64,000 nucleotides of DNA from an uncultured delta proteobacterium (GTDB lineage Bacteria; Myxococcota; UBA727; VGSZ01), in contig CAVZJB010000011.1 in NCBI GenBank assembly GCA_963775425.1, positions 192,001-256,000 of the forward strand, in the 5' to 3' direction. Under the pieces are notes generated by a model. The model was not told the origin of the DNA. It saw only the letters and a list, made by a program, of their open reading frames with translations, and searched no databases. Positions 35,122 through 43,875 of this stretch are shown in pieces (position 1 is the stretch's first letter; each line of letters starts with the position of its first letter). The translations under genes and the position numbers were made by a program.

Positions 35122-35136
35122 TAGAGTTCCTCGCAC

Positions 35137-36126
35137 ATGGTCAACGGCGCTTCGAAGAAGAAGGGGGAGCAACGAGTCGGGCCCTTCGTCCTCGTCGACG
35201 AGCTCCCCGGCGGCGGCAGCGCTCGGGTGTTCCGGGCCGTCTACGCGCCGCCCGCGCGCGACCCGAGCGTCCCGCTCGCGCCCGGTGAGCACGGCTGCAT
35301 CAAGGTCCTGCGCGACACCGCCGCGCGCGACACCGCGGTGTCGTCGACGTTTTCGCGAGAGGCCGAGCTGCTCTCCATGGTCGAGCACCCGAACATCGTC
35401 CGCGGCATCACCCGCGGCGTCACCGCGGGGCGCGTGTGGAGCGCCGTCGAGTACATCGAGGGCGAGAACCTCTCGACGCTGTTCCTCATCATGCGCCAGG
35501 AGAAGCTGCGGCTGCGTCCCGAGCTCGTCGCCAGCCTCGCGGCCGACATCCTCGCCGGCGTCGCCGCCGCGCAGGCGATCATCGATCACCGCGGGCGCTC
35601 GCTCGGCCTCATCCATCGCGACCTGTCGCCGAAGAACGTGATGATCGATTACAAGGGCACCGCCAAGGTCATCGACTTCGGCAGCGCGCTGCTGTCCTTG
35701 CGCGAGGAGCCCAGCGGCGACGTCGTCGGCACGCCGGGCTACCTGAGCCCCGAGCAGGCCAAGCGCGACCAGCTCACCCAGGGTGTCGACGTCTACCAGG
35801 TGGGCCTGTTGATGTACGAGATGCTCACGGGGGAGCGCGCCTTCCCCGTGGAGAGCGCCACCGACGAGGCGCTCCTGCGCTCCCACGCCAACAACCGCCG
35901 CGCGCCGTGGCCGCGGGGGCTCGATCTGCCCATCGAGCTGAAGGCGCTCGTGGACACCGCGCTCGGCGAGACACCGGAAGATCGCCCTGCCGACGCCGCC
36001 GCGTTCTACGCCCTGGTGGAGAGCCTCGTGGCCGATCCCGACGAGTCGCGGCGGCGGCTCGCGGTGGTCATGCGCGACCTCGTCCGGAGCAACCCCGAAA
36101 AGCCCGACCCGCTCTACGTGTCCTGA
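35137..36126 (+). CDS. Cytoplasmic Ser/Thr protein kinase
   Basis: GGGSARV, CIK, HRDLSPKN, DFG, GTPGYLSPE. Confidence 0.92.
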   Translation: MVNGASKKKGEQRVGPFVLVDELPGGGSARVFRAVYAPPARDPSVPLAPGEHGCIKVLRDTAARDTAVSSTFSREAELLSMVEHPNIVRGITRGVTAGRVWSAVEYIEGENLSTLFLIMRQEKLRLRPELVASLAADILAGVAAAQAIIDHRGRSLGLIHRDLSPKNVMIDYKGTAKVIDFGSALLSLREEPSGDVVGTPGYLSPEQAKRDQLTQGVDVYQVGLLMYEMLTGERAFPVESATDEALLRSHANNRRAPWPRGLDLPIELKALVDTALGETPEDRPADAAAFYALVESLVADPDESRRRLAVVMRDLVRSNPEKPDPLYVS

Positions 36127-36130
36127 AGCT

Positions 36131-36466
36131 TCAGGTGTCGTGAAGCTTCGCACCCTGCCAGGCGAGGAGCGCCCACGCCGCCAGGAAGCAGAGCCCGCCG
36201 AACGGCGTGATGACGCCGAGGATCTTGATGCCCGACAGCGCGAGCACGTAGAGGCTCCCCGAAAACAGCACGATCCCGGCGGCCGCCAGACGCATCACCC
36301 AGGGGAAGCGGCCGGCCGCCGCGATGAGGACGGCGTGCACCAGGTGATACAGGACGGCGGTGCGCCAGATCTGGGCGCCGTCGACCCCGAGCCGCTCCTT
36401 GAGGGCGTGGGCGCCGAAGGCGCCGAGGGCGACACCGAGAAAGCCGAAGATCCCCGCGAGTCTCAT
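36131..36466 (-). CDS. DUF423 (YgdD/TMEM256) membrane protein
   Basis: LGAFGAH, TAVLYHLVHA, LFSGSLY, ITPFGG. Confidence 0.9.
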   Translation of the reverse strand: MRLAGIFGFLGVALGAFGAHALKERLGVDGAQIWRTAVLYHLVHAVLIAAAGRFPWVMRLAAAGIVLFSGSLYVLALSGIKILGVITPFGGLCFLAAWALLAWQGAKLHDT

Positions 36467-36539
36467 GCCGTGACGTCTTGCACGGGACACCTGGGTCGTC
36501 GAGGTGCGGTTCATCATCGAGGGGAGTACCATCGCAGCG

Positions 36540-36761
36540 ATGTCACTCATGTCCCCGGCCATGCTCATGACGTTCGCGTACCTTGCGATCGGCCTCGGGA
36601 CCACCATGGCCGCCTGGGTGGCGATGCCGGACGAGATCGAGATGGCCATCGGCTTCGACCTCGAGGACGAGGATGATCGCCCCGCCCTGCGCTACCTCGT
36701 CACCGTGCTCTTCGTGATCTCCTGGCCGGTCCTGCTGGCCGAGGTCCTGAGGAAGCGCTAA
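36540..36761 (+). CDS. Small two-TM hypothetical protein
   Basis: Two hydrophobic helices with a WP motif; TACCAT 7 nt upstream of the ATG. Confidence 0.55.
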   Translation: MSLMSPAMLMTFAYLAIGLGTTMAAWVAMPDEIEMAIGFDLEDEDDRPALRYLVTVLFVISWPVLLAEVLRKR

Positions 36762-36770
36762 GCCGGTGCC

Positions 36771-37529
36771 GTGAGCGCCGAAGACCCAGCCGCCGACAGC
36801 CCCCCGACCCATCCCGCCGACACGGCCGCCGCCGCCGCCGCGCCGCCCGACACGGCGGAGACGGGCGACAAGCCCGGCGAGAAGCTCGAGGGCGAGGACG
36901 CCAAGGACCTCGTCGGCATCATGTACTCCGAGAAGAAGTGGGTGGTGCCTGCCTGGTACAAGGCCCTCTTCTTCTGGTTCGCGCTGGCCCTCATCCTGCC
37001 GCTTTCGGGCTACACCGCCTGGAAGCGCATCACCTTCACGCGCCTCCTCGTCGACAGCGTCGTCGAGCCCGAGGACTGGAACGACGCCGCGGCGCCCCCG
37101 GTGAAGCTGCCCCAGGGCGACGGCGGCGCCGTCGTCGACATCTCGCAGTTCCACGGCCAGTGGGTGCTGTTGAACTTCTGGGCCACCTGGTGCGCCCCCT
37201 GCCGCGACGAGATGCCGTCGCTCGAGATGCTCAACCGCCGCCTCCAGCAGGAAAAGCTGCCCATCCACCTGGTCGCCGCGTCCGTCGACGAGGACTGGAA
37301 AGAGGTGAACCGCTTCTTCGGCGACACCAAGCCCACGTTCACGGTCCTGTGGGACAAGGACAAGGCAACCAGCTTCTCCTACGGCACCCGCAAGTTCCCC
37401 GAGACGTACCTCATCGACCCCGACGGCAAGGTCGCCGCCAAGTTCACCGGCCCGCGCGACTGGTACAACCAGGGCACCGTCCAGTACTTCGACGAGGTCC
37501 TCGCCGGCAAGCGCAAGCCCGTCTCGTAA
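36771..37529 (+). CDS. TlpA/ResA-family membrane-anchored thiol-disulfide oxidoreductase
   Basis: LNFWATWCAPCRDEMP, PETYLID, one TM helix. Confidence 0.93.
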   Translation: MSAEDPAADSPPTHPADTAAAAAAPPDTAETGDKPGEKLEGEDAKDLVGIMYSEKKWVVPAWYKALFFWFALALILPLSGYTAWKRITFTRLLVDSVVEPEDWNDAAAPPVKLPQGDGGAVVDISQFHGQWVLLNFWATWCAPCRDEMPSLEMLNRRLQQEKLPIHLVAASVDEDWKEVNRFFGDTKPTFTVLWDKDKATSFSYGTRKFPETYLIDPDGKVAAKFTGPRDWYNQGTVQYFDEVLAGKRKPVS

Positions 37530-37589
37530 CCCCGGCCCGTGTCACCGGCCCCGGTGGACCGGGCCCCTCCGGCACGTTACGACGAGGAG

Positions 37590-38180
37590 ATGGACCCCCT
37601 CGCGGCCGCTCTCGTCGGCGCCGGCTACGTCGCCGGGTCCATTCCGTTCGGGCTGATCCTCGCCAAGCTGGTCGGCAACAAGGACGTACGCACCGAAGGC
37701 AGCGGGAACATCGGGGCCACCAACGTCGCGCGCGTGGTCGGCAAGAAGCTCGGCGTCGTGGTGCTCGTCCTCGACGCGGCCAAGGGCTTCGTCCCCGTCT
37801 TCGTCGCCTCGCGCCTGGTGACCCACGACCGCGCCTTCCTGGCCGGCCTCGTCGGCCTCGCCGCCATCCTCGGACACTGCTTCCCGGTCTGGCTCAAGCT
37901 CCGCGGCGGCAAGGGCGTCGCCACCGGGCTCGGCGTGCTGCTCGCCGCCCGCCCCGAGGCCGCCGCCGCCGGCCTCGTCTGCTTCGCCGTCGCCTACGCG
38001 TTCCTGCGCAGGGTCAGCGCGGGCTCGCTCGTCGCGGCCCTCGCCGTCGTCGCCACCCTCGCGGTGCTCGGGCCCTACGACGTCTCCATCCTGCCCATCG
38101 CGGCCGCCGCCGTCGTCATCGTCGCCCGCCACCACGGGAACATCCGCCGCTTGCTGCACGGCAAGGAGCTCAAGGTGTGA
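37590..38180 (+). CDS. plsY: Glycerol-3-phosphate acyltransferase
   Basis: GSIPFG, GSGNIGATN, DAAKG, GHCFP, GGKGVAT, RHHGNI. Confidence 0.96.
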   Translation: MDPLAAALVGAGYVAGSIPFGLILAKLVGNKDVRTEGSGNIGATNVARVVGKKLGVVVLVLDAAKGFVPVFVASRLVTHDRAFLAGLVGLAAILGHCFPVWLKLRGGKGVATGLGVLLAARPEAAAAGLVCFAVAYAFLRRVSAGSLVAALAVVATLAVLGPYDVSILPIAAAAVVIVARHHGNIRRLLHGKELKV

Positions 38181-38443
38181 GCGCGCTCGAGAAGATCCTC
38201 GCGCAGCGCCGCGCCCGCCTCGAGCGCAGCGCCACCATGCAGGCGTACTCGCGCTGGATGGGGCTCGCCCTCGAGATCCCCCTCGGCGTCGCCTTCGGCC
38301 TCGTCGCCGGCGCCGCCCTCGACCGGCACTGGGGCACCCGGCCGTGGGGCGTGTGGATCGGCCTCGTCTTCGGCTTCGTCGTCGCGGGGCGCGCGATGTT
38401 TCGCCTCGTCAGGGCCTATCGCCGGGAGAACGCCGATGCGTGA
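38177..38443 (+). CDS. AtpZ/AtpI-family small protein (ATP synthase gene 1)
   Basis: GLALE...G...LDRHWGTRPWG...G..FG..AG motif, first gene of the F0 cluster; GTG overlaps the plsY stop. Confidence 0.8.
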   Translation: MSALEKILAQRRARLERSATMQAYSRWMGLALEIPLGVAFGLVAGAALDRHWGTRPWGVWIGLVFGFVVAGRAMFRLVRAYRRENADA

Positions 38444-38918
38444 CGACGACCTCTTCGGCGATGGCGCCTCACACACAGACCCCGACGGCGGCGCCGGGGA
38501 AGACACGTACCTCCCCGACGAGGACGCCGCGCCCACGCCCGAGGGCCGCGTCGCGCAGGCCACAGGCGAGCTGAAGAAGCTCCTGGCCGCGAGCGCCGCC
38601 GCCACCGTGCTGATGGGCGCCGCCGTCGCCGCCGTCGACGCGTGGCGCGCGGCGGGCTTCCACAACACGGCGGGCTACCTCGTGGGCGCGGCGGTGGCCA
38701 CGCTCAACCTCGTGTTGCTCGCGGGCGGATGGTTCCAGGTGATGCGCGGGCAGGGCACCAGCGCGCGCGCCCTCGTCGCGTTCCTCGGATCGTTCCTCGC
38801 CCTCGTCCTCCTCGCGGCGTGGGTGGTGCTCGCGCATCGCGCGTGGACGTTGGGCTTCGCGCTCGGCCTCACCACGCCCGCGCTCGCGGGCATCTTGTAC
38901 GGGCGAACCCTGCGGTAA
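38436..38918 (+). CDS. ATP synthase I-like membrane protein
   Basis: Four TM helices with G...LN motif, positioned between the atpZ-like gene and atpB. Confidence 0.6.
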   Translation: MRDDDLFGDGASHTDPDGGAGEDTYLPDEDAAPTPEGRVAQATGELKKLLAASAAATVLMGAAVAAVDAWRAAGFHNTAGYLVGAAVATLNLVLLAGGWFQVMRGQGTSARALVAFLGSFLALVLLAAWVVLAHRAWTLGFALGLTTPALAGILYGRTLR

Positions 38919-38972
38919 CTTGCCGCACCGGAAGTCCTTGCCTCGGTCGGAAACACGGGGCATGACGCCGCC

Positions 38973-39758
38973 ATGGATCACCACACGACGTGGTTGGCGT
39001 TCCTGCCCGGCTACCAGTCCCTCCTGCATTACGTGCAGGAGAACTACGGCCGCACCGAGCTGATGAACCACGACGGCATCACCACCGTGCACCATGTGTT
39101 CGCGGCCGCCATCGTGTTGATCATCCTGTTCATCGCGTCGTTCATGGCCAGGCGCCAGGTCGCCGACATCGACAAGGCCATCGTGCCGCCGAGGAAGATC
39201 GGCGTGGTGGCGTTCTTCGAGCTGTTCCTCGAGACGCTGTTCGGCGTGATGGAGTCCACCATCGGGCCGACCTACAAGCGCTACGTGCCGCTCATCGGCA
39301 CCCTGGCGCTGTTCATCTTCGTCAACAACCTCTTGAACCTCATCCCCGGGATGAAGGGCGGCACCGACGCCGTCAGCACCACGTTCGCGCTCAGCTCCAT
39401 CGTGTGGATCTACTTCAACTTCCACGCGCTGCGCGTGCAGGGGTTCCACCACTTCGTCCACCTCGCCAACCCCATCGGCGAGTGGTGGGGCTGGTTCCTC
39501 GCGCCGCTCATGTTCCCCATCGAGATGGCGTCGCTGGTGATGCGCGCGGTCTCCCTGGCCATCCGCCTCTCGGCGAACATGATCGCCGACCACGCGCTCC
39601 TCCTCGCGTTCGCGGGCATCTTCCCGTTGCTTCTTCCGCTGCCGTTCTACGCGCTGGGCCTCCTCGTGTGCCTGGTGCAGACGGCGGTGTTCGTCATCCT
39701 CTCGTGCGTCTACATCGCGCTGCACACGGCCGAGCCGGAGCACGAAGGCCACCACTGA
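38973..39758 (+). CDS. atpB: F0F1 ATP synthase subunit a
   Basis: NLLNLIPG, RAVSLAIRLSANM (essential Arg), VQTAVF. Confidence 0.96.
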   Translation: MDHHTTWLAFLPGYQSLLHYVQENYGRTELMNHDGITTVHHVFAAAIVLIILFIASFMARRQVADIDKAIVPPRKIGVVAFFELFLETLFGVMESTIGPTYKRYVPLIGTLALFIFVNNLLNLIPGMKGGTDAVSTTFALSSIVWIYFNFHALRVQGFHHFVHLANPIGEWWGWFLAPLMFPIEMASLVMRAVSLAIRLSANMIADHALLLAFAGIFPLLLPLPFYALGLLVCLVQTAVFVILSCVYIALHTAEPEHEGHH

Positions 39759-39786
39759 TTCCACCCCCCGTCGCAAAGGAAACGTC

Positions 39787-40125
39787 ATGAACCGCATGAA
39801 CCGCCTCCTCGCCTTCTTCGTCCCGTTGCTCACGCTCGTCATCGCGTCGCCCGCGTTCGCCCAGGAGGGCGGCGGCGGCGACAGCGGCAACAAGGCCATC
39901 TGGGGCATCGGCGCCGGCCTCGCCGTCGGCCTCGCCGCGCTCGGCGGCGGCATCGGCCAGGGCCGCGCCGCGGGCAGCGCCCTCGAGGGCATCGCGCGCA
40001 ACCCGTCGGCGTCGGGCAAGGTCTTCGTGCCCTTCATCCTCGGCATGGCGCTCATCGAGTCGCTGGTGCTCTTCGCGCTGCTCATCGCCATGGGCGCCAT
40101 CGGGCCCATCAGCCTCGCGCACTGA
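39787..40125 (+). CDS. atpE: F0F1 ATP synthase subunit c with N-terminal extension
   Basis: GxGxGxG, ARNP loop, LIES proton/ion-binding Glu; AAGGA RBS. Confidence 0.96.
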   Translation: MNRMNRLLAFFVPLLTLVIASPAFAQEGGGGDSGNKAIWGIGAGLAVGLAALGGGIGQGRAAGSALEGIARNPSASGKVFVPFILGMALIESLVLFALLIAMGAIGPISLAH

Positions 40126-40143
40126 CCGAACAGGCGTGGGACC

Positions 40144-40190
40144 GTCGGCGGGGAGAGTCCCTGCCGACGCGGGGGGAGAGCCCCCGCCCT
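40144..40190. repeat. Two adjacent GC hairpins after atpE; second is a degenerate REP-like copy (possible terminator or stabiliser)
   Basis: GTCGGCGGGG...CCCTGCCGAC followed by GCGGGGGGAGAGCCCCCGCCCT, similar to 48547-48570. Confidence 0.5.
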
Positions 40191-40202
40191 GGTGACCGCG
40201 CC

Positions 40203-41165
40203 GTGCCCAAGCATCGCAAGCGCTCCGAGCCCGAGCTCGCTCCCTGGCGCCGCGCGCACGTCGACGTGCCCGCGGCCGCCGCGGACGCGGTCTCGGGCTT
40301 GCTCGTCGACGAGGGCGCGCTCGGCCTCGAGACCGAGGACGACGAGACGCGCGCGGTGCCGGGGCGCGCGCAGGCGCCCACCGGGCGGGCCGTCGTGACG
40401 GCGACGTTTTCGCGCGCGCGCGGTCTCGAGGCGCGCATCCTCAAGCGCATCGCCGACCTCGCTCACCACGTCGAGAGCGCCGCCGACGCGGAGGTCACCT
40501 GGGAAGACCTCTGGCCCGAGGACTGGAACGCGATCTTCCGCCAGCACTGGAAGCCGTTTCGCTGCGGCGTGCGCGTGTGGGTGTGTCCGTCCTGGGAGCG
40601 GGAGACGTTCATCGCCGAGCGCGTCGGCGAGGGCCCGGAGCCCGTCGTGCTCTACCTCGACGCGGGCATGGCCTTCGGCACGGGGACGCACGAGACCACG
40701 CAGTTGTGCATCGACGCCCTCGAGGCGCGCGCGGGCGCGCTCGGCCGCGTGTACGACGTCGGCACCGGCACCGGCATCCTCTCCATCGCCGCGCTGCGGC
40801 TCGGCGCGAAGAGCGCCCTCGGCACCGACATCGATCCCGTCGCCGTCGCGGCCGCGCGCGAAAACGCGGCGAACAACGGCGTGGCCGCGGGGCTCACCGC
40901 CGCCGCGCCCGCGCGCACATCGTCGTCGTCGCGGGGGCAGGACGGGAGCTTCGACACCGTCGTCGCCAACATCCTCGCCGGCACGCTGCTCGACCTCGCC
41001 GTCGACATCGCGGCGGCGGTGGGCCCGGGTGGCGTGTTGTTCCTCTCGGGCGTGCTCGCCGAGCAGGAGCGCGCGGTGCGCACCGCGTACGAGGCGCTTG
41101 GCCTGGTGCACACGGGGACGGCGAAGAAGAACGACTGGGTCCGCATCGACCTGCGGCGCCCATGA
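40203..41165 (+). CDS. prmA: Ribosomal protein L11 methyltransferase
   Basis: EDWN..., PSW, GMAFGTGTHETT, DVGTGTGIL, DIDP, VANIL, LSGVL. Confidence 0.95.
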   Translation: MPKHRKRSEPELAPWRRAHVDVPAAAADAVSGLLVDEGALGLETEDDETRAVPGRAQAPTGRAVVTATFSRARGLEARILKRIADLAHHVESAADAEVTWEDLWPEDWNAIFRQHWKPFRCGVRVWVCPSWERETFIAERVGEGPEPVVLYLDAGMAFGTGTHETTQLCIDALEARAGALGRVYDVGTGTGILSIAALRLGAKSALGTDIDPVAVAAARENAANNGVAAGLTAAAPARTSSSSRGQDGSFDTVVANILAGTLLDLAVDIAAAVGPGGVLFLSGVLAEQERAVRTAYEALGLVHTGTAKKNDWVRIDLRRP

Positions 41166-41214
41166 TCGAGCCTGGCGCGGAGCGGCGCCCGAAGCCCTCG
41201 CCGGGTGAGCACGC

Positions 41215-41961
41215 GTGATCGTCCATCACCAAAGCGGCGCCGCCCTCGTCGTCGACGAGCTGCTCGTGCGATCCGCGTGGGAGGGCGTGCTCGAGGGCGT
41301 GCCCGACGTCGAATCCTTCCAGCGCACCGGGCGCGACGTCGTCGACGGCGCGTTCGGCGCGCGCGCGACGCGACGGCTCGCGCCATGTCCGATCCCCGAG
41401 AGCGCCGAGGCGCGCCGGCGCCGCGCCGCCGAGCTCCCTGCCTTCGTGTGCGCCGCCGACGTCCGCTTCGACCGCGGCGCCCCCGAGGGCGAGGAGCGCG
41501 CGGCGCTCGCGTGGTTCTCCGGGCGCGCGCTGGACCGCGCCGTGGAGGACGAGCTGCAGGCGGCCGCCGGCATCTCCCTCGACGAAGATCCCGCGCCGCG
41601 CCCGCTCGAGCGGCGGGCGGCCTACGAGCCGTTCGAGAGCGCCGACGGCGTCGTCGCCCACGTGCAGGAGCTGCGCGTGCGCTTCGCCGTCGTCGGCGCC
41701 GCGCACGACGCGCTCGCGGCGTGGTTGCCCAAGGGACACGTCGTGCTCCCGCACGACTTCCTGCGCGTGGACGCCCCCGTCCTCGTGCGCATGCGCCTCG
41801 AGGGGCCGCGGCTGCCGCGCAGCGGGCGGGCGCTGCCCGCGTCAGCGCTCCGGCTGGCGCTCGTCGCGCAGTCGCCGGGGGCGGCCCCGCTGCGCACGCT
41901 CGTCGCCGGCGCGCTCGCGCGCGTGGAGTGGAACCGCATCGCGACCCCCATGCCGCGTTGA
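41215..41961 (+). CDS. Hypothetical protein
   Basis: 248 aa ORF with GC3-biased codons filling the gap between prmA and a convergent gene. Confidence 0.5.
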   Translation: MIVHHQSGAALVVDELLVRSAWEGVLEGVPDVESFQRTGRDVVDGAFGARATRRLAPCPIPESAEARRRRAAELPAFVCAADVRFDRGAPEGEERAALAWFSGRALDRAVEDELQAAAGISLDEDPAPRPLERRAAYEPFESADGVVAHVQELRVRFAVVGAAHDALAAWLPKGHVVLPHDFLRVDAPVLVRMRLEGPRLPRSGRALPASALRLALVAQSPGAAPLRTLVAGALARVEWNRIATPMPR

Positions 41962-41970
41962 GCGGCGCGG

Positions 41971-42816
41971 CTACTCGACGGCTTCGGCGCGGTGGGCCAG
42001 CGACGCGGGCAGCGTGACGTTCAACGAGCGCGCGAGCGCGGCGTTGAAGACGATGCGGCTCAATGGCGCGGGGACGGCGCGCACGTCGTCGCCGTGGAGC
42101 ATGCGCAGCGCGGCTTCGCCGGCGGCGCGGCCGTGGGCGGCCGGGTCGGGGACGACGGCGAAGAACGCGCCGCGCTGGACGCTCGAGCGATTGGGCCCGA
42201 TCACCTGCTTGCGCGCTTCGGCGGCCTTCTTCACCACGAGCGCGGGGCCGCCGGTGGGCAACGACGTGGCGTCGGCGATCCACACGACGTCGGAGTCGTC
42301 GACGAGGCGGTCGACCGCCGCGCCGAAGGGCTCGTCGGTCCGCGGGAAGATGGCGTCCAGGCCGGCGTCGTGGGCGGCGGCGTCGATGTCGGCGCGGCTC
42401 TCGCCGGCCGCGGGGAACACGGCCACGCGGCGCGTGCGCGGCAGCACCTCGCGCACGAGCTCGAAGACCTCGCTCGCCGCAGGATGCAGCGGCACCTTCA
42501 ACGTCTGCAGCGGCGAGACGCCGCTCGCCCGCCGCGGCGTCAGGCACTCGACGACGCGGGCGTCCCTGTTGAGGGAAGCGCTCACCACGCGGTCCGCGAG
42601 CGGACCGACCGCGATGACGATGAGCGCACCGGCGATGAGCGACTTGGCGCTCTCGTCCGCGCGCAGCAGTTGACCCTCGCCGCCGAGGGCGTCGATGGCG
42701 GCGCGCGCCGCTTCGGCGAACGCCGGTTGGTCCGACGCGACGACGTAGGCTTTGTCGGCAAGAGCGGCGCTCGAGACCAACAGGGAACAGCAGGCGACGA
42801 CGACAGACAGCCTCAC
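41971..42816 (-). CDS. ABC-type substrate-binding-like periplasmic protein
   Basis: Signal peptide (ALA), IAVG, VWI.D, GA.FA..PD, HGRAAG, FNAALARSL...P pattern of the ABC_sub_bind family. Confidence 0.7.
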   Translation of the reverse strand: MRLSVVVACCSLLVSSAALADKAYVVASDQPAFAEAARAAIDALGGEGQLLRADESAKSLIAGALIVIAVGPLADRVVSASLNRDARVVECLTPRRASGVSPLQTLKVPLHPAASEVFELVREVLPRTRRVAVFPAAGESRADIDAAAHDAGLDAIFPRTDEPFGAAVDRLVDDSDVVWIADATSLPTGGPALVVKKAAEARKQVIGPNRSSVQRGAFFAVVPDPAAHGRAAGEAALRMLHGDDVRAVPAPLSRIVFNAALARSLNVTLPASLAHRAEAVE

Positions 42817-42829
42817 GGCGAAACTCCGC

Positions 42830-43783
42830 TCAAGGCGGGACCCCTTGAATGTCCCCCAGATCGGTGAGCAGCCGGGCGATGGCCGCGGGCGCCTTGGGGT
42901 CGCTCGGCGCGCGCGCCTTGACCCGCCGCCACAGGACCACCGCGCGCGGGAGGTCGCCGTTGGTGGCGGCGTCCTCGGCGGCGCGCTTGAGCTCGTCGAT
43001 GCCGGTGGCGTCGGCGCCGACGCTCGAGTGCGGCGGGTGATAGCCGAACGTGGTCTCGAACACGGGCATGAGCGTCGCGTCGAGGTCGACGCGCTCGGTG
43101 GTCCACAGCGTGAACACCACACCGGCGGCGGCGCACGCGGCGGCGGCGACGACGGCGAGCCATGACGCGATGACGCCCCCGAGGCCCGGCGCGGCGCGCG
43201 GACGCGGCGGCAGGTCGGGGACGGGCCGCGGCAAGGTGGCGGTGGCGTTCGTCGACGGCTGTGGCGACGGGATGTGGATCTTGGGGCCCGTGTCGAGCGA
43301 GAGGCCCGACGGCGACGGTGCCGGCGGCTCCGGCGCGGGCTGCGGCGGCCGCTGCATCTCGGGCGGGAGCGTCGACGCGTCGAAGGCCTGGAACAGCGCC
43401 GTGATGGGACCCTGCTGCGGCTGCTGCGCGGCGCCCGTCGGCGCCGGCTGCGCCGGCGGTTGCGGCGGCGCGCCCATGAACGGCGGCTGCGCCGTCGGCG
43501 GCAGCGACGGTTGCGGCGGCGCGCCCATGAACGGCGGCTGCGCCGTCGGCGGCACCGCCACGCCCGGCGACGAGCGCGGGACCGGTGCGAAGGCGCCGGT
43601 GCTGCTCGGGTTGAGCTGTTGAAACAACGACGACGGGTCGTCGACGGCGTCGCCGCCGGAGGCGGGAGGCTTGGCGAGGAAGAGCGTGTCGCACTTGGGG
43701 CAGCGCATGCGCGCGCCGCCCACGGGGACGGCCTCGTTGCGGACGCGGTACTTCGACGCGCAGCCCGGGCACGTGACGATCAC
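42830..43783 (-). CDS. MJ0042-type zinc-ribbon membrane protein
   Basis: MIVTCPGC...MRCPKC N-terminus, Pro-rich linker with an internal duplication, one TM helix, TPR-like end. Confidence 0.85.
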   Translation of the reverse strand: MIVTCPGCASKYRVRNEAVPVGGARMRCPKCDTLFLAKPPASGGDAVDDPSSLFQQLNPSSTGAFAPVPRSSPGVAVPPTAQPPFMGAPPQPSLPPTAQPPFMGAPPQPPAQPAPTGAAQQPQQGPITALFQAFDASTLPPEMQRPPQPAPEPPAPSPSGLSLDTGPKIHIPSPQPSTNATATLPRPVPDLPPRPRAAPGLGGVIASWLAVVAAAACAAAGVVFTLWTTERVDLDATLMPVFETTFGYHPPHSSVGADATGIDELKRAAEDAATNGDLPRAVVLWRRVKARAPSDPKAPAAIARLLTDLGDIQGVPP

Positions 43784-43875
43784 GGTGAGCCCCCTGAAGG
43801 CGCGCGCTGCGCCTGGCGCGGAGCGGAGCGCGAAGGCTGCGGAGGGCGAGCACGCGTGGTCATGGCGCCCTCACA

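Noticed and set aside
38177-40125. ATP synthase operon lacking b, delta and F1 genes
   Set aside because: A split F0 (atpI-B-E) versus atpF-H-A-G-D-C arrangement is normal in delta-proteobacterial lineages.
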